A DNA stretch of 61,465 nucleotides, the filler included, from Dugesia japonica (lineage: Eukaryota), in assembly GCA_001938525.1 (NCBI GenBank). It is 5 parts of 5 records of this genome, joined end to end, with 100 filler letters (N's around TTAATTAATTAA, not from the genome) between each part and the next. Parts side by side here need not be neighbours in the genome. Positions count along the whole stretch, not along the records: positions 30,168 to 39,334 come from MQRL01421341.1; positions 39,435 to 52,445 come from MQRL01578227.1; 3 more parts are not named here. One strand, 5' to 3'. Made by a program: the position numbers and the translations under genes. How positions within the stretch are numbered: the stretch's first letter is position 1; each line of letters begins with the position of its first letter. Below the pieces are notes generated by a model that did no database searches, was not told where the DNA came from, and saw only the letters and a program-made list of their open reading frames with translations. Below, in pieces: positions 34,751-48,489 of the stretch.

Positions 34751-35897
34751 CTTAATACATTAATAACGGGATAAGTGAAACAGTCAGGACATAAGAAAAT
34801 TTATCGAACGTTCACCTGCATTTTAGTTTTTAACGAAATACTTTCTCTTTACGATCATCCATTTCAAAAACGGAAAATTACCGTATTTATCAAAATAAAA
34901 TGAATTATTAAAATTTTTACATATACATAAAATAAGGTCAATAAAATAGTCAATAAATATGCTTCAACGTTTAAATGAAAACTGACATCATGTGATGCAG
35001 TAAACAAATATCAAATGAACAAAATCGTGCTTGATTTAAGGAAATTCCAAAAATACATGATGTAAATGTTCAAATTTTCTCTATATTGAATCATTTGTTA
35101 AAATAATTATAACCGAACAAGAAATTTCAAAAAGGCAAATTTTTAAAAAGTTCAGAAAAAGATTTGATACTATTGAAATTATCAAATTGCTTTAATACAA
35201 GTTTTTGCAGAAATATATTTAAAATGTTTCAAAATATATTTAAAAGCCCTTGAAAAACAAGAATTTATTTAAATAAATGTATATGAATATTGGAGTATTT
35301 GATTTTCTTATATTTTGAACATTTTACAAGATTCTTATTTTAAATATTTTTTGAAAATTTTTAGATATATTTCTGCAAAAACCTGTAAATAAAATTTTGA
35401 TTGGAAATTCTTTAATTAACATTAATAATTATATAATATTTGAAAAAATTTGACTGCAAATGTTTTCGATGAAAATTTACATATAATTAAGTTTTCATTA
35501 AATTAATAACTGCGATCAAAATGTTGTTTTGTTTCTTTTAATTTCTTTTTTGGTAGTTATTCGAAATACAACAATGTTAGTAGAGACAAAAAATTCGATT
35601 ATTCTTATTTAGAAAAGTATTTAATTATTTTCTGTAGACAGGATTATGGATTGAAATTGTTTAGGACAATTTAAATGTTTTCTAAAAACTGAAATTATTG
35701 GTCAAATCGCGAATTTAATACAAATGTTTGAGGTAGAAGATAAATTATCTGAAGTAAACTGTTGATTGCAATTTGCAACCAATTTTCACGAACCTATAAT
35801 TAAACCGAAAGAATTTCACTACTCCTTTGGTTGTAACTTTAATTAATCAACTTAAATTTTACAATCGAATAAAGATTTTGGGGAATCAAGTCACTTT

Positions 35898-38420
35898 TAG
35901 AGTTCCTCGACCAATAAAAACCTTTACCATTTACCGGTAAATTAAGTCTTGTAATTTACCATTTACCGGTAATATAGTAATTTCGAAAAATTAATAAACA
36001 ATTCAAAAACCAAAGAATCCATATCATAAAATAATAAATGAACAAACTACAATGCACTATGTAAAGGTTTAATTGAGCACAATGAGCGGTTGGAACTTAA
36101 TCAGTTCCTTTATTAATATTATTTGTTTTCTTTATGCGGAGGAGAATTCTGTAGATCCCAATAGAGTCACCAGAAAAATATATAGGGACACTTGGGATGT
36201 ATGGTGTGTTGGGATAGTTTATTATTAACGATAAAAATATAAGAATATTTCAAAATAAAATTAACAATAATTTAACAAAATAAATCTTATAAAAGTGTAT
36301 TAAGATACAAACCCAAATTATTGGTATTTACAGAATAATATTTGCCAATTCATTGCTATGCAAAAAATGTATTAAATGTGATGAAGGTTCAACAAATAAA
36401 ATGATTGCACACCTTAAGCTTGTATACAGGATTTTGACAAAAACAACTCGACACTCTTGCTTCTAAATTAATAAAAAATAAAACATTAATATCCTGGTAT
36501 TTACAACGAGAAACATTAGAAAAGAGTGTCTAAACTAGTTGGTTTAGATAGTTTCTCTTATCATAGCATAACAAACTCATATTTTATTCGGTAAAGTATA
36601 AGTAAACTTGGATACACTCTTCCAAAAAATTTAAAGGATACTATGTGATTAGTGAAACAATATTACAATCAAATAAAAATTAAAGTTTTAGACTAATTAA
36701 AGTCCGAAATTTCTCTTGAAAAACAGTTTTCGCTTTCTGTGGACGAATGGACAAGCATAAAAAATAGGAGACATTGCAATATTATATTGTATGATGGTCA
36801 TGAAATTTACAATTTTCGTTTAGCAAGAATCACTGGGAAATCCAATGCATGAGAATTCAGAAAATAGAAAGAACATGATTAAACGAGTTCAGTATGAATT
36901 TCGATCATAATATTATCTGCTCAATCAACGACGGTATAGTAGTTATGAAAAAATATAAAAGAGGAAGTCTAGTTGAATCGGTATTATGTTTAAACCATGC
37001 ATTATATTTAGCAGTAACCAAATTTTCCTACCAAAACATCTTGTTGATGAAGATAATTCCATTGAAACCGAAGAAGATATTATTATAGGAAAATAAATTG
37101 ATAGTGAAGCTATTATAGAAGATAACAAAAATGTTTTGATAGTACTCGGTGATCACGTGATAATTTAAAATACAAATTCAACAACTACAAACAATGACCA
37201 TTCATTTTTTTATAATCAATTTATAATCAAGATTTTCTGGACCCAACAATTAACGAAATGTGAAGTTATTTGAAGAATTTTCCCTGTAAATGAAAGGAAC
37301 ATTATTAATATTACAATATCCATTAATCATTATCAATTTATATATCAATTAATTAAAAGTACGTTTTTATCGCATTTGTATATTTGTGATCCTTGCCGGT
37401 TGTTTTTAAATATTTTCGATTATCATCATTGAAAAATGAATTTTTGAAAAAGAAAACAAAACCGATTAGACAAAGAACTTGAACTAAAAATTGATATAAA
37501 GATACGCGGTAACTCAATAGATCCTATGATACAAAGATATGTACAATTAAAAGATGAAATAAAGGAAGCTTTGAAATATTCTAATTCCTTTTGCATGTTA
37601 GAAATATTTGGTAAACATTCAAATATTTTTAGAGCCGGTTCAGATAGCTGCAGAAGCCTTAGTGAAAAATGATGCTCGCTATTCAACGCGAGAAGTGTAA
37701 TCGAATTTTTATGTACAACCTTGGGAGGAAATAACAATTTCTTCTTATTACAGTGCTTTCTAAATATTTCATCAAGTTGTTCAAAATGCTTCATCATCAA
37801 ATCAAAATATTTAATCATTGATAATTTATAATTAATTAAATTAGTTATATTAGTTATTATTTCTCAAAAAATCCACTTGGATATAACTGACAACGATCAA
37901 AATAGCATTGAAAATATTGAAATCTCTCCAGAAAGAATAACTACGAAAAACAATGCCAGAATCCCTCGGAGAACCAGGAATTTAGATAATTCTTTAAGAT
38001 TACTCATTTGTCAAAAATATGTTATTGTTATTATAATAAATGTATTATTAATTAGCATATTTTTAGACATATAACCATAATTTTTTATTAGAAATAGAAA
38101 GTTTTACTTGAGTACAATTTTCTAAAGAAATTATAAAATATTATTAAATATTTAGATAAAGTGATTAAATATTTTGGTAAAATGATTAAATATTTTGATT
38201 TGATGATGAAACATTTAGAAAAACCCTGTATTTAGTTTACTTGAAGAAAGAAAGTGATAAGAGACGTAATATCAAATTATTGTCTCTTATACTATATATG
38301 ATTAATACAAAGAATTTAATAAAACGCGAGTTTCACTTTGATAACTTTTCTAAGAACTCGACTCTAGAATTTGGGAAACAACTAACTGAAAGACTATCCC
38401 AACGAGATGAGCAAAAAGAA
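35898..38420 (+). mobile_element. hAT (hATm-like) transposon, degraded and rearranged
   Basis: TAGAG-starting end with subterminal repeats TTTACCATTTACCGGTAA x2; BED finger (CKKCIKCDEGSTNKMIAHLK); FSLSVDEWTSIKNRRH; LARITGKS; INDGIVVMKK..CLNHALYLAV; LKIDIKIRGNSIDPMIQRY (TRWNS equivalent). Confidence 0.85.
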
Positions 38421-41400
38421 TAAGATTTAGAAAAAATGATGTTTGAATTTTAAAATATGGATTTGAAATCTCAGTTTCAAAACACAATTTTTTTGTTTAT
38501 TAAAATCGATTTATAATCAAGATTTCTGGACCCCAACAATTTACGAAATGTTAAGTTATTTGAAGAATTTTCCGTGTTAATGAAAGGAACATTATTAATA
38601 ATACAATCTCCATTAATTATCAATTTATATATCAATTAATTAAAAGTACGTTTTTTTATCGCATTTATATATTTTCTTTAGAATATAATATGTTGATATC
38701 TTATAATTAATCTCATTGTGTAATTAATAATTGGCCTGCTCAAATTTAACGTGTTAGTCAAACACATTCTTATCTCAGATTACATTTTACAATAAGTATG
38801 TTGAAAATCTCTGCAATGTCGTGTAATGATTCTGATTTGTTTATCAAAAATAGTCAAATATCTAAGCGTATTATGGGAAGTGTGTGTGACAACATTCGGT
38901 ATTATTATTTATTTATTATTATTAGTTAAATTTACATTTTCCCAAATTAATACTGTATAGGATAACTATATTTCATTCCATTAATTCAATAACAATTATG
39001 CACAATAGATAGTAATTGAAATGATAAATAACAAAGATAAAAAATTATTAATGAATTTTTAATTATAATATATTATGTATTATATAATATTGTCGGGGTA
39101 AACACGAAAATTGAGCTCTATTCAATTTGAATATTCCTAAATATCTGACTGAGTTCAATAAGGTGCGTCTCTGTTAATTAATTCTTCAAATAAATAACAA
39201 TTACTGTAATTGAATTTGATCCAACTAAATAAATTTTATTAATGAGCACAATAATCTTGACATAAACCTTCGGCAAATCTGCAATTTCATGCAAAACTGA
39301 AACTATATTTATAGCATATTTTACGCACACGTACNNNNNNNNNNNNNNNNNNNNNNNNNNNNNNNNNNNNNNNNNNNNTTAATTAATTAANNNNNNNNNN
39401 NNNNNNNNNNNNNNNNNNNNNNNNNNNNNNNNNNATTTATTGAAATATTTATTAATTTTAATATAAAATTGTAGTTATTAAGTTTTGTTGCAATTTTTTA
39501 AATAATTTAAAATCCATTGGTTAAATATTTGAAAAATTATTAATCGTTTATATAAACTACCGAAATTGAAACAAGATTTGAAAAATGGATTGTTTGTTCA
39601 AGGTGCTGTGTTTTGATTATGTTCATTTATCTTTAGGATCGTCATTGGTTTTGATTACCAATTCTTTTGCACTTTTGTTATTTTAAGCAGATTAACTAAA
39701 AAAAAATAGTTTGTCAAATTCTTAAATATACATTTCAAATAATGTAACAAACTCATCAAATTAATTAATTTAACTGAATTAATTCTTGAAATTATTTCGA
39801 ATGAATGAAAAAGAAAGAATAAAGTCTTTGTCAAGATATAGAAGCAAATAATAAGCAAACTTGATAATAAACAATGTAAAATAATCTAGAAGAGATATTA
39901 AAGTTGCATTATATTAAAATTAACAACTGACAGCAAAATGAATACAATGAAAAATAGCAATTAATAAATGTAGCTAATAATATACGGTTAAGGTGTGTCT
40001 GTTGAACACATTCTATTACATATTAATTAATTAATTACATGTTAATTAATTAATTTATTATTTTCTTTACTCCGACTTATTCACACACATGCGCGCTTTG
40101 TAAGGTAAAGTTCTACATTGTGTCTGTTGGACACACGTGAACATTACTTTATTTCTTTCACTTATTTTTTATAATTACCTGTCATTGAAGTACATTTATA
40201 AAATATCCTTGATTTGTAAACCTGTTTATGCAATATTTTGAAAAAGTTCTTTTAATTTTCTTAAATAACAAATTATCATATTTTAAATAAAAGATTTTGA
40301 TTAATTATTATTTTTTATAGAATTTTTTTCTAATATAATTTTTATCAATACATAAAATAATAATGTAAAGAAGCAGTATTTATTTTATAAATATTGATTT
40401 TTAAATTCTTGTTATTGTTTTCTGTAGAATTGCAACTTAATACAAATTAATCATTGGCTTACTAAAAATTATACATTGAAATAGAATAAGACAGGGAATG
40501 TCTAGCCGGTATAATTACAGTACGCAAAAAAATGTAATAGATTAGAATTGAGTAATTAAATTACAAGCATTTTGGAGATTAAAACTTTAGAACTGACTTC
40601 AAATCAATTTATTTCAATATGTAACAGAGCTAATCTTTAAAATAAGTATTTTATTTTCCCTAGCTTTTTTAATAGAAATATTATTTTAATAAACAATTTT
40701 ATTTTTATGAATAATGTTTACTGCTACTTAAGAAAATATTATATTATTTTAACATTTAAATAGGAGACAATCTTGAAAGGCAAAGTCTAAGTAAATATGT
40801 TTATATGTTTAAAATATTCAGTAAATCCTCACAATTACTACTCTTCTTTTAGACATCGCAAATTCATAGAAAATTTGAAACTAAATATTATTTGGCTAAA
40901 ACTCGGAAAACTGAGTTTTCGGCACCATTAAAAAAGTAGAGAGGAAGGAAAAAAGAGTTTGTAAAAAATAGAAATATAAAAGAACTAAATTAATTCATTG
41001 ATCAAATAATCGAATAAAAGACAACAAATTCGAAAAAAACCAATCAACTATAAAGTTTTCGACGCCCGATGCANNNNNNNNNNNNNNNNNNNNNNNNNNN
41101 NNNNNNNNNNNNNNNNNNNNNNNNNNNNNNNNNNNNNNNNNNNNNNNNNNNNNNNNNNNNNNNNNNNNNNNNNNNNNNNNNNNNNNNNNNNNNNNNNNNN
41201 NNNNNNNNNNNNNNNNNNNNAATGATCAATTTCGTGTCCCTAAATTCATAGCACTAGTTTCGCCACTAAGTAAAGGATGGAACTTATTAGGTACAAAGAA
41301 ACATGAAAATGGCGGCATCCAGTGTAAACATTGGAAAAAAAGAAATTATTTAAAATATAGAATTATATTCTATATTCATCTATTTACATCTTTTCATTTT

Positions 41401-42080
41401 TATATTTTATTAGACTCATTAATATAGTTAGATATGTTAAAAATAACCCATTCTATTGTTAAACTAATATTTAATTTATAGTCGAAGTTACATAATCAAT
41501 TTTTGAAAACAAACCNAACTAAAATATTTTATTGCTACAAAATAGACACAAGTCAATGACATCAATGTATTTTTTCATATGTCTGAAATAACCATCCATT
41601 GTAGGTTTTCTTCCTTGTTTAATAAATAGTTGGTTTAGTTAATAGAATATTTTTAAAAAATTAAATATTTTCAAAATTACGAAAATAAGTTTCAAAAAAA
41701 TGTTTCTTTTTAAAATTTTTATTAAAGTAACAAAAACATTTTTTTTAATAATTTACATAAATAAAAAAATTATCATTATTTGCAATTTTCTCAACGCGTT
41801 ATTGTTATTGATTTCCCAATGCAATTGATAAAGACTGCATTTTGATGTTGAATCTTGTAATATCTCTTATTTCCGGACTTTCATATTAATAGTCAAAGTT
41901 CAATTTGTTTGCAATCTTTATTTTTTCTTCTTTATAAATATCGATTTCTACTGTTGGAGGATCAGGGTGAAAAAAATTTCCGGATTTTTCATTAAGAAAT
42001 TAGTATTTTCTAATTCATTCGGATTGAAATTGAGGTTTTCTTTGCATTCTTTTGTTTGCAAGATAACTACACTGTCATAA

Positions 42081-42141
42081 AATTGAATTTCAACGATTAA
42101 ACGATTGAATTTCAACGATTAAACGATTGAATTTCAACGAT
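42081..42141. repeat. 22-bp tandem repeat (~2.7 copies)
   Basis: GATTGAATTTCAACGATTAAAC repeated. Confidence 0.85.
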
Positions 42142-44189
42142 ATAACAATTTATCGTTGTTTGAGATTTCTGACATTGGAGGCATGATGAAATTCAGATTG
42201 TACTCTCTCTTTAAGATTTCTGCTTTGTTCACGACACATCTGAACAAATATTTGGGATGATCCAAAGTATATCTTTATCAATGATTGAATTTATTTTACA
42301 TCCATCATTTTGTTCACTTTCCTTTTGGGAATCTTCATTAACTTTGTTGCATATCCTTATTTCTTTGATAATTTCATATTGTCAGAAAGAAGTGCTCTTC
42401 AAATCTGTCATTTTTAAAAAAAGGAATTATTTAAAACAATTTGACTTTATATACTTGTCTGTGTGTGCATATTTATTATTGTGTGTATAAGTTTTTAGTG
42501 GTTCTAGAATGGATGGAAAAATAAGTGGAATCAATAGAAATTCATCTAGAGGAAAAAAACAAAAACAAAGAAAGAAAAGAAAATTAAAAAATGTACAAAT
42601 AAATGTTTATTATTGTAAATAGTTTTGTTTTCTTTTTATCAGTAGTACATAAATTTAAAATATGTTAAAAATATATTTAATTGCAATATGTATACAACCT
42701 GAGTGCAACACATCTGCAACACACATTCATAAAAAACACCTCGAAAATTAAAATATATATAATTGGCTATTGCAACATAATTGCAACTGGCATAAAACAC
42801 AAAACATCTTGCTCAAATAAATAAAAACTGCCCAAACATTCAAAATATTAAAAATTCCCGATAATTCACCTATTAACTCNTTTACACCTCTTCCACCATG
42901 GTTTTTGAAATTTCCTACACATTTCCTACATATCGGAAAAATATAAACATCTTTTTAATATAAAAATAACCATCCTCTTTCTGCAAAAATTCATTTCAAC
43001 TTGAAACATAATTTTTTCATCTAGATATACTACTTACTAACCTTTAAAATTCATTCAACAAAAAATTAATGAACAATCCACCAAATCAATCCAAAATTAT
43101 TACTATCATCCGCATCAACATTACACATTCCCAACAACATTAAATTTATCTAAATACATGAGCTATATTGAATACCAGATAAATTTTAACTAAAGTGCGC
43201 AATAACTCATTGCCCTGATATAGTGTTCTCACAGGTTTTTCATTCTTTAATGAATTTTACGCCATAAGTCCTTTTGACAATGTATATGTCAAACTCGTGG
43301 TTTACCTCAAAAACATCATCACACACACANNNNNNNNNNNNNNNNNNNNNNNNNNNNNNNNNNNNNNNNNNNNNNNNNNNNNNNNNNNNNNNNNNNNNNN
43401 NNNATACAATTATTAATTGAGAATATTACTGTAATTTTTAATAATTAATTCACAAATTTTGCTAAATTTGAGTAATCAATTTGGCTAACTTTGTAGAATA
43501 TTCCTAATATAGATATAATCTGTTAAGAAACTGCCAATATTATTCTGAATATTCAGTCTGCCTGACTGTCTAATATGAATTACTTTTAGGAATCCTCATA
43601 ATTCCAAGTAGATTCGAATAATAATCTATTTATTTTGCAGANNNNNNNNNNNNNNNNNNNNNNNNNNNNNNNNNNNNNNNNNNNNNNNNNNNNNNNCATT
43701 TTTATCAGCATTGCCATTAAATATTAAAATAAAAATATTATCATCGCAAAAAGCATATGTAGTAATAATTAAATATTTAGAATTTTTTCAAATAAATCCG
43801 TGAAACGTATTATTTAAATCTAGCTACACAAAATTTTACAATTACAATTATTGCGAGAATAATTGTTGGACTTAACTATCGATCTCATTTGAAATTTCAT
43901 TAAAAATAAATTAAAATGTTGTTTTTTTTTAAATTGTTGTTCTTTGAGTATTTCAAATTTTCGACTTTTGCCTTCTTCAATTAAACCAAAGCAGGATTAT
44001 CCTTTCTGTACTTTCTGTCAAATAAATATTATTTGATAATACAAGTATTTAATGTTTTACCAATGCTGACGATATATCTTTTCTATTATGCTTTGAGTAA
44101 ACAAACTTGATTTCTAACGTCTTGAAATTTAAAATTGAAAAATTTTACTAATCAATAGGAAGAGTAAATAAAGCGTATGTCAACTTTAT

Positions 44190-44700
44190 TTGATATTTCA
44201 TTAAATTAAAAGCTTCGATCAAAATGTTGTTTTGTTTATTTTTATTTCTTTTTTTGGTTGTTATACAAATTTTCGACTTTTGTCTTTTTCAGGAATTTAA
44301 CGTTTTGATTTAACCAATATTAGAAAATTTGACAAAATTGTTTGCATTTTATTGAAGTTTTATTGGATTAATTTTATTTACGTTTATTTTAATTATTATA
44401 GTTACTATAAAACTACATTGATTTTAAATTTATTCACTTTGATCAATATTTCTTTATGTTTCTTCCTGTGAAGTATAGAAAGGTAGCCTGTTCATAATAT
44501 TTTTAATGTTATATGTTTATCCTGTGAAAATTTTATGTTTGTGTTGAAAGTGTATGAAGACTTCACTTTCTTTATGTTTGAGATGCTTCTTAATTCTTCT
44601 TTGGATGATTCTGCACATTTCTACTATATATGTATCCTTACATGAGGTGCATATTATTTTAAAAGTGATATTTTTCTTATTGCATATATTATGTCACCTT
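44190..44700 (-). mobile_element. Penelope-like element 3' end: GIY-YIG endonuclease remnant plus hammerhead-bearing tail
   Basis: ICNKKNITFKIICTSCKDTYIVEMCRIIQRRIKKHLKHKESEVFIHF (C..K...I.C..C...YIGET.R....R..EH). The tail contains CCUGAAAAAGAC AAAA GUCGAAA. Related tails occur at 17890, 30020, 35500, 43880, 45060 and 47280. Confidence 0.8.
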
Positions 44701-45769
44701 GTTAATCTTTCTTAAACGCTTTGCAAATCAATAAATTCAAACGATTTAAACTGCTAGTAAACTACTAACCAGCTACAATAAAATGACAATAATATTATAA
44801 CTAAGTCATTGAAAATTGACATTAACTGTTAGTAAGAATTAAAAATTGAAAATCGCAATTTAAATTTTGAAGAAAATGTTATAAAAAATTTCAAGAATTT
44901 TTTAAAATATTTAAAATGTTTGTTTAAATATTCAACTTTTAAAAACAGTGTTTTGGAAGATTTGAAGATTTGAAATTTTGTGTTATAAATAAAAATTTAT
45001 TGAATTTAATGGACTTTTCAGAAAGTTTATCAGTAACTAACACTGTTAATTTGATTTTAAAAAGTAATAGCTTCGAAAAAAATAAATTGTTGCTTTATAT
45101 TCAAATTTTTTACTTCAAATTTCGAAGACACAATTGTGTCTTCTTCAAGAATATAATCCTATTGTTCCTGAAGAAGGCATAGCCGAAATATTGAAAAAAG
45201 AACATAAACAATTTTGATATTTTGCTTTTAAAACATTTTATTTTAAATAAAATTGTTTATTCATTTATTTTACAGATCAATGGTTAAATATTTCAAAAAT
45301 AGATTTTTATTATTATATTAACTGTTAAATCTAAATATCATTAATGCTAAATTTACATCGTAGTATCCTAAATTATACTCTTAAAAATAAAATTTTAAAA
45401 AATTACGTTATTAAATCTAAGCATAACATTATTTATTTTGACATTGTAGTTAATTATTGGATATTACTTCCTATGTATATAATTTATTAGAATAACTGTA
45501 ACAATATACAAAACTACATCACTATAAATAAGTGAAAAACTAATACTTTTAAGGTAATATTTTAACTAATATTAAAACTAATAGAGGGTTAATAAATACA
45601 AGCAATATATTTTACATTTGAAATAAAATGAAAAATGTATAAGATATCAAAGTGATTCATATTTATAATTATATTCATAATATTTTTATTAAAAATTGAT
45701 TTCCTGTAAATCTTTAGAAATTCGATTATGGATTATTAATTCTTGCTCACTTTTTCACACAAGTGAGCC

Positions 45770-46090
45770 CTAATTTCACCAATGACATGATACATGTTAA
45801 TTTTCAGACCATAGAGTGTTTGTCATTTCTTAGTGTAAACAAATGATTTAATATGACTCCAAAAAAGTAGTCCAATAACATGATCTTGGTAGGCAGTTTA
45901 CATCGGCATTTCTTGAAATTATTCGGCCTGGAAAATTTTCTCTCAATAAATTGATTGTAACATGAGATGTATGGTATATCACAACATTTTGTCGAAACCA
46001 CATTTTGTCCAGATCAAAATACTTTAATACATGCCACAGAAAATCGTTAATCTTGTTCNTGCAACATTATCCATCCAAGAATGTTTTTAA
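45770..46090 (-). mobile_element. Tc1/mariner-superfamily transposase C-terminal fragment (rosa/DD41D- or maT-like)
   Basis: DLDKMWFRQNVVIYHTSHVTINLLRENFPGRIISRNADVNCLPRSC (~MWFQQDGAT.HT...I.LL.E.FPGR.ISR.GDV.WPPRSCDL). Confidence 0.8.
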
Positions 46091-46459
46091 TGTATATCAC
46101 TATGTTAATAATTGTAATGTTCAGTGTCCTCAAAGTTCAATGTCCTCAAAGTTGAGAGTCTATGAAAGCAAAGTGTATGAATTACAATCCAAATGGAAAT
46201 TATAACAAATGACATTTAAAGATAAAATCTCACAGTTGAAGACAGAAACTTCAATAATGTAAGATCGATATCGTCTGGTACAAACAAANNNNNNNNNNNN
46301 NNNNNNNNNNNNNNNNNNNNNNNNNNNNNNNNNNNNNNNNNNNNNNNNNNNNNNNNNNNNNNNNNNNNNNNNNNNNNNNTTGTATACGACTAGTATTCGA
46401 TAAAGCAGATAAAATTTTAAATGAGTCAATTATCGTATTTTGGAACAAAGAAATGTTTC

Positions 46460-46650
46460 TTATATTCCATCCGAAATCTTAAGACGGGTTTTCACAACGA
46501 CCCGCTAATTTTGGGAAGGAGATAAAAATAAATTTTACAAATACTTCAAATTCCGTGGTATACTCCTGTGACAAGATGTTGTTAATATGAAAAGATGAAA
46601 ATCAAGTTATGTGGAAATAATAAAATGTCTCGGAACCCAATAGTGTTCTT
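46460..46650 (+). mobile_element. Gypsy reverse transcriptase remnant
   Basis: YSIRNLKTGFHNDPL (~FS.LDLKSGFHQIPL). Heavily degraded. Confidence 0.4.
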
Positions 46651-47626
46651 GATGAAAATAATTTGTCTTCGGACGATTTTACTAACAATTTTAATTTAAC
46701 AATTTCTTTAAGCAATTTTATTTGCTAAGTAAAAAATATACTATGAAGAAAATAAAGTTTTAGGAAACTTGTAAAATTAATTTTTAATTTATAATTTTGA
46801 AAATGAAATTCTAATAATATAAAAAAATTTGACTAATTATATTAACATTTATTTACAGTTCTTTTTAAACTTTTTTCGACTAAAAAGTTAGATTTTCTCT
46901 GAAGATAAATTAAACAACACTATCAAATGAAGTTTAAAATAGTTTTTTTAAAGATTATTATGATCTAAAAAATTTTTTAGCAGAATTACTTTGTGTTTAA
47001 TTGAAGCCATATTGTTTTTAAATTTTTTATTAGTATGCTTTGAATAATCTATCGTGCTTTTTATTTAATATTATATTAATCAAAAGTATATTACGAAAAC
47101 CAATTTTAATATTCATTAATTATTGATCATTAGCGTTTTTTTATGTAGAATTTCTAAATCCCTAAACAATTTAAATAAATCAAGAAAAAAAATATTTTTA
47201 AAAATATAAAAAATCTCTTCAACAGGTGTATGAAAAAAATATTAAGCTAATTATTTTCATTTAAAATATTAATTATTATATTATCAGATTTCATTCAAAT
47301 AAAGTAATAGCTTCGATCAAATAAAATTTTTGTTTTAAAGATATTCAAATTTTTAACAATTGTCTTTTTTAGGAATATGATGACTTTTTGATAGATTTAA
47401 TCAATATTAGAACATTGTTACAAAATTGTTTATATTTTATTAAAATTTTTTTTGGTTTATTTAAATTAAAATTTTATTTTAAATTTAATATCTAAATTTT
47501 TATTTAAATTGAAAATTTTTAAATATTTAATTATTAGTTGTATTTTATTATTTTTTTATATTTGAAAATTTTTTAAATTATAAATATCATAAATTAATAT
47601 AATTTTATTCAATTCAATTAAATTCA

Positions 47627-47681
<55 letters not shown>

Positions 47682-47879
47682 NNNNNNNNNNNNNNNNNNN
47701 NNNNNNNNNNNNNNNNNNNNNNNNNNNNNNNNNNNNNNNNNNNNNNNNNNNNNNNNNNNNNNNNNNNNNNNNNNNNNNNNNNNNNNNNNNNNNNNNNNNN
47801 NNNNNNNNNNNNNNNNNNNNNNNNNNNNNNNNNNNNNNNNATTATTAATCCTTCGAAATTAAGGATGAAAGATAATAAT

Positions 47880-48400
47880 TGAAATATTATTTAAGTATTA
47901 GATATCAAAACAAAAAACATTCGAGAATAGACAAAGCAATTCAACAGATGTCAATCACAAAGAATAACACGTCATACACAATCCCCACTGAAACGTCTTC
48001 CAGAATTAGGACGATTAAAAGTAATGCACACACAATATATTGTCGGACATTTACCTCAATGTGAAAGAAAGCGATACATTCTTACGATGATCGATCGTGA
48101 AACATCTTGGCCTAAAGCCAAACCATTAAATGAGAAAAACCACAAAAGCAATTGTAGATATGGTTGAAAAAGTAGATCAGTAAATTTGGTCCATCGGAGA
48201 TTATAATTACTGATCAAGGAAGACAATTTATCTCAAATCAATTCAAAGAAATGTGCAAGAGACATGAAATTGATCACTGCAACACAACAGCATACCATCC
48301 AGAATGTAACTGTAAAATCTAGAGACTGCATTGAACCCTAAAACAATGCTATTCTAACACATAGAACAACTGCAGAACGGACATATTCCGAATACCTTCG
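47880..48400 (+). mobile_element. Gypsy integrase (rve) pseudogene fragment
   Basis: IITDQGRQFISNQFKEMCKRHEIDHCNTTAYHPECNCKI*RLH*TLK. Confidence 0.9.
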
Positions 48401-48489
48401 AGCTACGTCGGAAGTTATGTAATATGACTTTTAATCATACTAAATTTTCAATTAAAAATATACTTTAAACAAATTTATTTGGTTTAAAT

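Noticed and set aside
37426-37818. 130-aa minus-strand ORF as a gene
   Set aside because: It is antisense to the degraded hAT transposase.
42081-42141. Short direct repeats as a CRISPR array
   Set aside because: Head-to-tail with no unique spacers, and the context is eukaryotic with no cas genes.
41780-43640. Stop-riddled coding-like remnants (possible gag and LINE 3' ends; also 39090-39330, 51390-51800, 53700-54000)
   Set aside because: Too degraded for a supported family call.
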